This document shows positions 9,269 to 17,010 of a stretch of 64,000 nucleotides of DNA, piece by piece. Origin of the DNA: a virus. The position numbers and the translations under genes were made by a program. Where the stretch lies: positions 1 through 64,000 of IMG/VR virus record IMGVR_UViG_3300048672_000851. One strand, 5' to 3'. The notes beneath the pieces are model-generated. The model saw only the letters and a list, made by a program, of their open reading frames with translations, did no database searches and was not told the origin of the DNA. Position 1 is the first letter of the stretch; each line of letters begins with the position of its first letter.

Positions 9269-9454
9269 ATGTTACGCGAAGTGCGTTTACTGTTAGCAGC
9301 TTTATTGCTGATCTTGTCAGTGCTGGTTGACTCAACATTGTACATCATGTCATTTGCTACTGACCTTGTGTTTGTAGTGTTGACAGGCTTGGTTCTATGG
9401 CCTATTTTGAAGCCGAACCAAAAAGAATCATCAACCGATGATAAATCCAATTAA
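9269..9454 (+). CDS. Small two-helix membrane protein (P1 TciB-like)
   Basis: LSVLVD..MSFATD..LVLWP pattern; directly follows the TerB gene. Confidence 0.65.
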   Translation: MLREVRLLLAALLLILSVLVDSTLYIMSFATDLVFVVLTGLVLWPILKPNQKESSTDDKSN

Positions 9455-9528
9455 CTAGCAGTCAGGCAGGCGGATAGTTCTATTGGCCGGAGCTTAGAAA
9501 TAAGCTCCACTCATTAAAAGGGAATACG

Positions 9529-9732
9529 ATGTTACACAAATTAGTAAATCGTGTTCTTAGCTTATTTGGATACTCACTAAAACCTTACACGTTTTATGAA
9601 GCTGGGTATTTAATAGAGGTGTTGCAAAGTATTCACAAACCTTGCAACGAATATCAACCTACATGCAGTGAAATGCCTTTTACTGCATCTGATATTGAAC
9701 TAATTACGCACGTTGTGGGGATGTGTAAGTAA
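9529..9732 (+). CDS. Hypothetical protein
   Basis: ORF with AGGGA RBS. Confidence 0.5.
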   Translation: MLHKLVNRVLSLFGYSLKPYTFYEAGYLIEVLQSIHKPCNEYQPTCSEMPFTASDIELITHVVGMCK

Positions 9733-10960
9733 TTAGCTCTATTCCGAATTGAGCTAGGATAAGATAAAATTACGCCGCATTCTGCGTTTTATTGTTAGTT
9801 TCTTTTTGAACTAACAAGGGTAAGTGGAGACTAGTTCTCCACTAACTCCATTAAAAAGCTTATTAGTTAAGTTCCCATTTTCTCTTGGGTTCCTCAGCTT
9901 AGTTAGTAAGCTTTTTAATGGGGTTTGGTTTCTCCATATTAAAATGGTGTGCTAGTAAATAATGCTAATCCATGCTTTATCGTAAGATAAAGAAGCCGAA
10001 GCTTAGGGAATTTTCATTTATTCACTTAAGACGTTGAAAGGTCGGTAATAATTATTTACAGATTAAGATAGCTACCTCCTTGGTTATGCTTAATCCGTTG
10101 GTTACTACGCTAGTGTAACTAAACTGGATGTAGTGGTTGTGTTTATGGCTTGCAACTAGGGGTAAGCACAATCACTCAGTTTATTAGCTTGGTGTTTCGA
10201 CATTTTGATTAAATAAACGTATGTGCTCATAACTCATAAAGGTTGTTTAGTTAACTTGTTCCGCCAATACTGGTCGGTTATGGGTCTGGTAGAAACACCA
10301 AGACTAATGAGCTGGTAACTCAGAGTGGGTATTAAGGGAATCCCACAATTCGTCAATGTTTGCGATGATAGTTGCATTTAAATATAAATGCTAACGATGA
10401 TATGTTCCGCGCTGTAGCCTAAGAAACTACTCGCCCAAGATAGTAACTTGGTTTAAAAGATAACTCGAAGTCCATCGTTAACGGACACTTAGTTTATTGG
10501 TTTGGTGTTTGGTACCCGACGAAAAGTACACTCGTTGCGGTCGAAGCGGCCAGACACCAAAACCAATAAGCTGATAGCTTAACCGAGCAAATGCTAGAGA
10601 TTATTCTGGCCAACGGTTGTAGGTGACGATGGGTGATATTGGAACCTTCATTTTAGTTTATTGAAGTTGGTTTATAGTTGTAAGAGACTTTGCGGCACCC
10701 TCTGCGTAAAAATCCTATAAATCAACTTCAATAAGCTGAAGGTACAAGTGGTGATTGTACGGAATTTACCTATCGTGTGTGATGAAGCGCCTGTGACCTT
10801 GGTGACAAGGGGATCAGTGACAGGTAGGCGGCCTATAAGCCGGGCAATAACGCCTTAATGTCGTCATCTGGAAAACTCGTAGAATGGCGGTTATATCGCT
10901 ACGAATGAAACACACAAGCCACATAAACTCACCAGTGGCCAGCTTATCTAATCAGAGAAT
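9733..10960 (+). ncRNA. Cluster of structured non-coding RNAs
   Basis: No credible ORF for 1.2 kb; four 22-30 bp stems and many short hairpins; mismatches are mostly G-U compatible on + strand. Confidence 0.75.
10350..10434 (+). ncRNA. tmRNA-like mRNA-like domain (PK1 + tag frame ANDDMFRAVA* + H5)
   Basis: Pseudoknot TCGTC/GATGA + AATGT/GCATT, then ATAAAT|GCT AAC GAT GAT...GCT GTA GCC TAA with the stop in a GTAG/CTAC hairpin loop. Confidence 0.7.
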
Positions 10961-10966
10961 CCAATC

Positions 10967-11272
10967 ATGCTTAATCCCTGTGGCCTTGATAAAGGCACTA
11001 TTAATTATCTACGTAAAATATCTCTATACGGAATGGATAACAGGTATTCAGACTACTTTCAAACAGAAGTAGTTAATTCAACAATTTGTAAGAATATCCA
11101 AATTGATGTTTTAAGAGATAAATCAAATCCTGATAAAATAGTTGTAGTTAAATTAGGTGTTAATTTTAAAGTTTATAAAATAGAACCCTATTTAATCTAT
11201 TCTGTTATAGATGAAATTTTAAAAGAATCCAATCATGGCGCAACTAAGCAAAAATCTTATCCATCAAGTTAA
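10967..11272 (+). CDS. Hypothetical protein
   Basis: First ORF of a coupled gene run. Confidence 0.6.
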   Translation: MLNPCGLDKGTINYLRKISLYGMDNRYSDYFQTEVVNSTICKNIQIDVLRDKSNPDKIVVVKLGVNFKVYKIEPYLIYSVIDEILKESNHGATKQKSYPSS

Positions 11273-11633
11273 AAGAGGATTACCTCTATTTATGGATGAT
11301 GAAGCCAATAGACTTCTTAAAGTTAATGTACTTAAGGATTTCCAAAAAGGTGATGTTATCTATGCCCTTAATAACGGCACTGGATTAATTCAACCAATTG
11401 TCTTTATGCATTACACACATACTTGTGTTTGTTTTAAACATGACATTAAAGACAAAGACAGAGCCAAGTATTTTGCTTACAAGCAATACAGATTTTTTCC
11501 AACTTTAGAAAAAGCAAAAGTTGGTAGAATCTTCTGGTTAAACCAAGAGAAATTAAGATTAGTTACTAAACTAAATTTAATTAATACTGAATTAGCTTCT
11601 TTAATGGGAGAATTAAATGGAACTCCAGATTGA
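11235..11633 (+). CDS. Hypothetical protein
   Basis: Coupled ORF. Confidence 0.65.
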   Translation: MAQLSKNLIHQVKRGLPLFMDDEANRLLKVNVLKDFQKGDVIYALNNGTGLIQPIVFMHYTHTCVCFKHDIKDKDRAKYFAYKQYRFFPTLEKAKVGRIFWLNQEKLRLVTKLNLINTELASLMGELNGTPD

Positions 11634-11823
11634 TGTATCTGATATTCCTCTTTCGTTAAACCAAAAACAAAGACTCATTAATCAAGTCATCGCTGAATTA
11701 AAAATCGAAGCCCATAATAGAAAAGATTACTTATTTAATGAAGGTGATCTTTTCTTTGCTTTAGCTTTTAAGAGTGATCAAGAATTAGTTCGTCTTGCTA
11801 AACTTTGTGGAGTTAAGTTATGA
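11617..11823 (+). CDS. Hypothetical protein
   Basis: GGAG RBS, coupled. Confidence 0.65.
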   Translation: MELQIDVSDIPLSLNQKQRLINQVIAELKIEAHNRKDYLFNEGDLFFALAFKSDQELVRLAKLCGVKL

Positions 11824-12197
11824 GTAAGTTTTACTTTACAACTAATCGTGACGAAGCCCAACAATTTAGTGAAAACTCTATTGTAGTAGAATGGGATTAC
11901 TCAAGTAGCTGTTATTATCAATTAGATTTGTGGTTTAAGGAAGAAGTGACTAAACCAACAACTCAACAAATGAAACAACTAAATGAAATCACAGGTGGAT
12001 GTTATAACCACCCTGTAATGATTTTAAAAACGGCTGAAGAATTGTTTCCACTCTTAACTAAATTTTTTCCTACAACTGATATTGTTCTTGTTGATTCAAT
12101 GACTGAACGTGGTATCCGTTGTTCAAAAGATATTGCTGCCAAACATTGTATACAAATCCTTAAAGAACGATTAGAAAAAGGTGATTGGTATGTCTGA
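11820..12197 (+). CDS. Hypothetical protein
   Basis: ATGA overlap. Confidence 0.65.
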   Translation: MSKFYFTTNRDEAQQFSENSIVVEWDYSSSCYYQLDLWFKEEVTKPTTQQMKQLNEITGGCYNHPVMILKTAEELFPLLTKFFPTTDIVLVDSMTERGIRCSKDIAAKHCIQILKERLEKGDWYV

Positions 12198-12414
12198 TAC
12201 AACAACTGAAGAACTATTAGGCAATGCAGCTTTAGAAGCCATTGCTTACACCTTACAAGCAAATGATGAATTTGATGCTAACAATGCAATTAATTTCTTA
12301 TCTTCTTGGAATGAAGGTGATTGGGAATTCATTGCTGAGCATTATCCAGATTTTGATTTGCAAACTCCTGCTCAACAATTGTTACGTAAAGAATCTGGCT
12401 TCAACGTATTTTAA
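12190..12414 (+). CDS. Acidic hypothetical protein
   Basis: AGGTG RBS before ATG 12190. Confidence 0.65.
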   Translation: MSDTTTEELLGNAALEAIAYTLQANDEFDANNAINFLSSWNEGDWEFIAEHYPDFDLQTPAQQLLRKESGFNVF

Positions 12415-12423
12415 GGTCTAATC

Positions 12424-12690
12424 ATGGGTAAATACTTTGGTTGGGTCAACAAAGAATGCTATGACTTTAAATATAAACCACTTGGTGATGGTATGTTTAC
12501 CAATGTTTATCTTGGTGAACACTTAATCTGTCAAACTGCAAAAAACCATCGTGGTCGTTTTTGTGTTATTGTCCAAGGTAAAGTAGCTGATAACATTCCA
12601 CGTTTAGTTGAAGGTTTTGCTACTCGTTGGGATGCAATCCAATACGCATTAAAGGTTCATCTTTTAACTGCTGATTACTACAATCGTTAG
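12424..12690 (+). CDS. Hypothetical protein
   Basis: AAGGT RBS. Confidence 0.7.
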   Translation: MGKYFGWVNKECYDFKYKPLGDGMFTNVYLGEHLICQTAKNHRGRFCVIVQGKVADNIPRLVEGFATRWDAIQYALKVHLLTADYYNR

Positions 12691-12701
12691 TCCTTTTCAA
12701 T

Positions 12702-12776
12702 GCGCCTATAGTGTAATGGATAGCACACAATCCTTCTAAGTTTGGAGTAAAGGTTCGATTCCTTTTAGGCGTGCCA
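12702..12776 (+). tRNA. tRNA-Arg(TCT)
   Basis: Acceptor GCGCCTA/TAGGCGT, D arm GTGT/GCAC, loop CT-TCT-AA, GGTTCGATTCC T arm, encoded CCA. Confidence 0.93.
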
Positions 12777-12791
12777 TATTCAGAGGTAATC

Positions 12792-13001
12792 ATGGAATTT
12801 TTAAATCAAGATCATATCCCTCCAGAATGGGCTAATTACGTTGCGAGAAATAAAGATGGTTTTCTTTATTATTACTCGCATTCACCTAAGCCAACTTCAA
12901 GTGGCTTTACATCTGGTGGTATCAGTGAACGTGTTAATGATACATGCTATAAGCATGAGAATTGGCATCAATCAACAGTTTATTTTGGATTATCTAAATG
13001 A
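12792..13001 (+). CDS. Hypothetical protein
   Basis: Start re-called to 12792 (GAGGT RBS); track start overlaps the tRNA. Confidence 0.65.
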   Translation: MEFLNQDHIPPEWANYVARNKDGFLYYYSHSPKPTSSGFTSGGISERVNDTCYKHENWHQSTVYFGLSK

Positions 13002-13756
13002 GCTATGTTAAATCAATGATTTATTCAGAAAAAACAGTAAGCTTAGCTGGTGCTTATTTGTTTAATTTGTATAGTCGTGAAGAAGGTAAAAAACTACTTT
13101 ACAAACTTAAGTACAATTTTGTATTTAATCCAGCATTAGCTTGTCCTCCTTCGCGTATTCCTTATCGTGGTGAAAACGACGAGTTCAAACAAGTTTATTT
13201 AGGTTACTATACTAAAGTATCAAATGAACAAGAAAAATCTCTTTTTTCTGCTTTGGTTCGTTTAATGATTTATAACTTAGTTGCTTACAACACTAAGTTT
13301 GAAATCTTCCCAATTCATACTTATTATAAAGGTGAATCTATTAGTTTGGTTAATATACCTCAGTATATGAAAACCACGTTCAATCAAACATTTCACCTTT
13401 TAGACCAAGAAGTAACTGACTTACCAGCATCTAAAGAAACCTTAGATGTATCTGGTTCAGTTAGTTTAAGTGAAATGAAACCCAAATTTGTTACTATCTT
13501 CAAAAAGGAAACTACCATGTCAGAATTACAAACCAAATACGCAAATGTTCCTCATGCTACCGTTGAATTGATTCACGGAATTCCAGTAGAAAACTACAAA
13601 GAACAAGAGTTAGTTGATTTGATCAACAAAGCTCAACATGAACTTGAACAAGCTAAGAAATTAGCTGATGTAAGCACTCGCATGAAAAACAAATGCGAAC
13701 GTCTGGAAACAAACATCAAAGTGTACATCGAAGCTCTGGATAAGTTACCAGAGTAA
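12998..13756 (+). CDS. Hypothetical protein with C-terminal coiled coil (possible internal start at 13518)
   Basis: 252-aa ORF; internal AAGGA-ATG at MSELQTK. Confidence 0.65.
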   Translation: MSYVKSMIYSEKTVSLAGAYLFNLYSREEGKKLLYKLKYNFVFNPALACPPSRIPYRGENDEFKQVYLGYYTKVSNEQEKSLFSALVRLMIYNLVAYNTKFEIFPIHTYYKGESISLVNIPQYMKTTFNQTFHLLDQEVTDLPASKETLDVSGSVSLSEMKPKFVTIFKKETTMSELQTKYANVPHATVELIHGIPVENYKEQELVDLINKAQHELEQAKKLADVSTRMKNKCERLETNIKVYIEALDKLPE

Positions 13757-13858
13757 CCTTTTGTCCTAGGGAGCGAGTAACTACATTAAGCATAAGTTAT
13801 GCATTGTTACTTGGATAGGGAGTATCTCCCATCCTCTCCCTCTTTTATTCCTGCACAA

Positions 13859-13891
13859 AGCCAGTTAGTTAATTCTAACTGGTTTTTTTTT
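13859..13891 (+). terminator. Rho-independent terminator
   Basis: AGCCAGTTAG/CTAACTGGTT plus T run. Confidence 0.8.
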
Positions 13892-13904
13892 AGCTGAGGT
13901 TTAT

Positions 13905-14213
13905 GTGTCTGATGAACCAAAAGTAGTTACCATTGATATTTTACAAGATTACAGAAACCAGAACATTGTTACTTTAAGAGAAAAAATGTTTGCTGAGTTA
14001 GCTACTTTTGGCAATAGTAAAACTAAGTTAAACATAAGTGATTACGTAGTTAGGTCTAAAAGAACCAATAAAGACTTTAGGTTAACTGTTAGCCAAACAA
14101 TAGATTTAATTCAGTTAGCTTTAGATTTATCTGAAAGTGTTTTATTTGAAGACAATGAAAACACAACTGAATTAGCTTCACAAATTCTAGAAAAAATTAA
14201 GGATTCACAATGA
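13905..14213 (+). CDS. Hypothetical protein
   Basis: GAGGT RBS, GTG start. Confidence 0.65.
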   Translation: MSDEPKVVTIDILQDYRNQNIVTLREKMFAELATFGNSKTKLNISDYVVRSKRTNKDFRLTVSQTIDLIQLALDLSESVLFEDNENTTELASQILEKIKDSQ

Positions 14214-14818
14214 ATACTGGTTTTATTAATGGTTATCGTTGGGGTATTGAGTATCCGACGAATGGTAAGAAGCCGGATTTGGCGAATGATGTTTTAGTAG
14301 ACGTTAAATGTAAAAAGGGTAGCGGCGAATGGCAGGGCTGGACAGATATGACGGTTGCAGATACCGCATGGACAGAAGCACAAAATTATATCTCAGCTAC
14401 AAGTTTTAAGATTATCGACGAACGCTACAAACCATCAGATACGAGCTATTTAGACGCGCCAAATGTCAAGGAATCCTTGATGGATGAGTGGTACGACTAC
14501 GACAACCAAAAAGCGATTGCGTTGCCTAAGGCTGGTGAGTATTGCCAAGTTTATTTAAACGGTTGGTATAACTGCTACATCGTCGGGCTTGATGATTTAG
14601 GTGGTTGCGTGTTCAGAAAAGATGGGGAGTATATGCAGCGAATTACGGATGATTCATTCCGCCCGCTTGACCACAACCGCAAATCTGAAGCAGAGAAAAA
14701 GCGGGTTGTTGATGCTGCCATGTCAATAGTTGTTGATGCGCATATGTTAGAGGACATTCTTGGTTCTTTATACGACGCAGGCTATTTGAGACTGCCAGAT
14801 ACAGATAAAGGGGAATAA
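14210..14818 (+). CDS. Hypothetical phage protein
   Basis: 202-aa ORF, visibly richer in GC and CG than flanks. Confidence 0.7.
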   Translation: MNTGFINGYRWGIEYPTNGKKPDLANDVLVDVKCKKGSGEWQGWTDMTVADTAWTEAQNYISATSFKIIDERYKPSDTSYLDAPNVKESLMDEWYDYDNQKAIALPKAGEYCQVYLNGWYNCYIVGLDDLGGCVFRKDGEYMQRITDDSFRPLDHNRKSEAEKKRVVDAAMSIVVDAHMLEDILGSLYDAGYLRLPDTDKGE

Positions 14819-14829
14819 ATCCCCTTTGC

Positions 14830-14979
14830 TTATTCTGTAGTAGGTTCTTCAATCATAACTTCTAGCATTTTAGTACCATGTTTTTGAAACTCATAAAACC
14901 AATACTTTAATGCCATTAGTTCAACTGTATTCTCAGGTGCTACTACCATTGTGCCATCTGGTTTAAATTGAAGTACCAT
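14830..14979 (-). CDS. 49-aa protein coupled to the 14982-15698 gene
   Basis: Read by hand: MVLQFKPDGTMVVAPENTVELMALKYWFYEFQKHGTKMLEVMIEEPTTE*; starts 2 nt after upstream stop. Confidence 0.55.
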   Translation of the reverse strand: MVLQFKPDGTMVVAPENTVELMALKYWFYEFQKHGTKMLEVMIEEPTTE

Positions 14980-14981
14980 AG

Positions 14982-15698
14982 CTAAACACTCACATTAGTA
15001 GGATTAGCAGTTTGTTGAGTACCAACACCTGTTGATCCTACTACAACACTACTGTTAGTTGCTCTCGCAATCTGACCAACACCACCTAACAAATTATTCA
15101 ATTGCCATTGAAGATACTGCATCTGTTGTTGTTGCTGTGATTGCTGTTGGTTCATACCAATAGTAATTGTGTTAGTGTTTACGATTTCACGATTAATACT
15201 ACGTTGTTCACTTTCACGTAGTTGTGCAACAGTTAATTGTTGCTCTAAATCAGCAATACGATTACTTGTAATTAAAGCTCGTGTTGCTTGTCCATCAGCA
15301 TAGATTGCTTGTTGAACAACAGTACTTTGTCTATCAACATTAGTATCTACTGTACCAATTTCACGACTTAAACTTGCTGCTAAATTAGCTTGAGCCAATG
15401 CAAATGCATTTTGATTTTGCATGATGTTTTGAGTACTAGCATTAATGTTTTGGTTCACTGTAGCAGTTGCACCAGCTAATGCTAATTGTACTTGTGCTTC
15501 ATTAAATGGTATTGACGCTTTAATATCACCTAATGTTTGCTGGTTAATTGTTTCATTAGTAACAACATTATCTTGGTTTCCAAATAAACCAACACGACCA
15601 AGTAATAAACCTAATAACAATCCACCACCTAAACCACCGTCCATACCACCACCAGAACCAAGACGACCAACAATATCACCTTCAGTAAAAGTTGCCAT
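14982..15698 (-). CDS. Gly-rich membrane-anchored, Gln/Asn-rich coiled-coil protein
   Basis: GGGLLLGLLLGR hydrophobic segment, GQATRALITSNRIADLEQQL helix, poly-Q; GGAG RBS before ATG 15698. Confidence 0.75.
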   Translation of the reverse strand: MATFTEGDIVGRLGSGGGMDGGLGGGLLLGLLLGRVGLFGNQDNVVTNETINQQTLGDIKASIPFNEAQVQLALAGATATVNQNINASTQNIMQNQNAFALAQANLAASLSREIGTVDTNVDRQSTVVQQAIYADGQATRALITSNRIADLEQQLTVAQLRESEQRSINREIVNTNTITIGMNQQQSQQQQQMQYLQWQLNNLLGGVGQIARATNSSVVVGSTGVGTQQTANPTNVSV

Positions 15699-15776
15699 GA
15701 TTAACTCCATTAATTAGCGCAACACGCGCATGTAAGTTATAGTCTGATTTCACTTCTACATATCAGGCCAACTAAA

Positions 15777-15959
15777 ATGTCACAGCATTACGTTACTAAA
15801 GACGGTTTATGCTCGTACTGTGGTTCTCGATTAACTCAATGTCCTATTTGTCTTGAATGGTTCTTATCTAAAAGTAAAAACCATTTAATCTGTACCAGTC
15901 GGTGCAGGACTAGAAAACATAGGAATAAAATTAACAACTTAGTGGATAAACAAACATGA
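15777..15959 (+). CDS. Small zinc-finger protein
   Basis: CSYC, CPIC, CTSRCR motifs. Confidence 0.6.
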   Translation: MSQHYVTKDGLCSYCGSRLTQCPICLEWFLSKSKNHLICTSRCRTRKHRNKINNLVDKQT

Positions 15960-16330
15960 AAGATTTTAAAAAGTTAGATATGCAACAGCATGTGCGAGTT
16001 AAATTGCAAACCAATACACATTTAGATAAACCATTAGTTATTGGTGATCCACCAAACTTACTTAATGCCCAATGTGCTAATTGGACTGATGTTGTTGTGG
16101 TTGATGGTAAAGCTTATGACAAAGAAGCTGTAGCTCGTTTATTGATGCAGCTTAGTTTAGCTAAAACTAAAAATGAAATTCTTATTGATGCTTTAGATGG
16201 TGCAGCTAAAACAGTTGGCTTCTTGTCTTATCATCTTCGTGGCAGAGTTGCAGAAGAAGCTTTACTTGATATGGCTGCTAAAGCAGACGAATGGGCTAGT
16301 GTTGTAAAATCAGCTTCAGCACAGGAGTAA
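15956..16330 (+). CDS. Hypothetical protein
   Basis: Coupled ORF. Confidence 0.65.
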   Translation: MKDFKKLDMQQHVRVKLQTNTHLDKPLVIGDPPNLLNAQCANWTDVVVVDGKAYDKEAVARLLMQLSLAKTKNEILIDALDGAAKTVGFLSYHLRGRVAEEALLDMAAKADEWASVVKSASAQE

Positions 16331-16333
16331 ATC

Positions 16334-16813
16334 ATGGAACAACATAAACAAATTCAAATGTATATTGGTTTTGAAGAAGGTGGATGCCAAGATATAGCCA
16401 CGATAAAACTAGAAGGCTTCAGCCTAGTCGCAAACAACGAACTAGAAGCACTTAAAGCCGAGCGCGATGCGTTGGTGGCTCAGGTTGAGATTCTTAAAAA
16501 CGCTGGCAATGAAGTCTATGATGAGCTTCAGCAGTGGGCTTTGACTGAAAGTCATAAGGAAACTGATAAAGCATTCCGCTTGTGGCTTAAAGCTAGAAAG
16601 CAATCACCGCAACAACACCTCGCCGAAATCCGCGCTGATGCGTCTGTCAGCGGCTACTACCAAGGTTTTAAAGATGGTCTTGTGATTGAATGTCCACGAC
16701 CAGATGGCACAAATACTGCGTCTCCTATCAATTATCAGCAAGTGGCTATTGAGAATGCAGCTCGAATGAGAACCAGCCAATACGCCGCCAAAGTGCGCCA
16801 AGGCGGCCAGTGA
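16334..16813 (+). CDS. Hypothetical coiled-coil phage protein
   Basis: AGGAG RBS; GC-richer core. Confidence 0.65.
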   Translation: MEQHKQIQMYIGFEEGGCQDIATIKLEGFSLVANNELEALKAERDALVAQVEILKNAGNEVYDELQQWALTESHKETDKAFRLWLKARKQSPQQHLAEIRADASVSGYYQGFKDGLVIECPRPDGTNTASPINYQQVAIENAARMRTSQYAAKVRQGGQ

Positions 16814-17010
16814 TGCTTAATTACCATCAAGCATTAGGTCGTGCATTTCACGAACTTCAATCAACTTTTATTAAATTATTAAGAAGACATTCTTTATCTT
16901 TTATTGAAAAAATTGCTGGAGTTAAGTGCGGTGAAAATTTATTGCTTGTAGATATTCTTCAAGCTCAAAGAAAATTAAACAACTACTTTAAAAGAGAACT
17001 GTCTAAATGA
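16810..17010 (+). CDS. Hypothetical protein
   Basis: Coupled ORF. Confidence 0.55.
   Translation: MMLNYHQALGRAFHELQSTFIKLLRRHSLSFIEKIAGVKCGENLLLVDILQAQRKLNNYFKRELSK

Noticed and set aside
10775-10915. Hammerhead ribozyme (TGATGA...GAAA)
   Set aside because: Core reads GTGATGA rather than CTGANGA, and the flanking stems do not give the three-way junction topology
10170-10940. Complete canonical tmRNA gene
   Set aside because: No GGGGC start, no T arm and no acceptor stem ending in CCA found by eye; only the tag module is supported. Needs an ARAGORN check
9733-10960. CRISPR array
   Set aside because: Shared boxes are only 8 nt, occur as inverted pairs and have irregular spacing; no constant repeat-spacer period and no cas operon (the Cas4-like gene is a core N4 nuclease)
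10884-11072. 62-aa ORF from the track
   Set aside because: No RBS; overlaps the structured RNA and a better ORF at 10967
14250-16810. GC-richer patches as a mobile element
   Set aside because: No integrase, transposase or terminal repeats; more simply explained as recently exchanged phage gene segments
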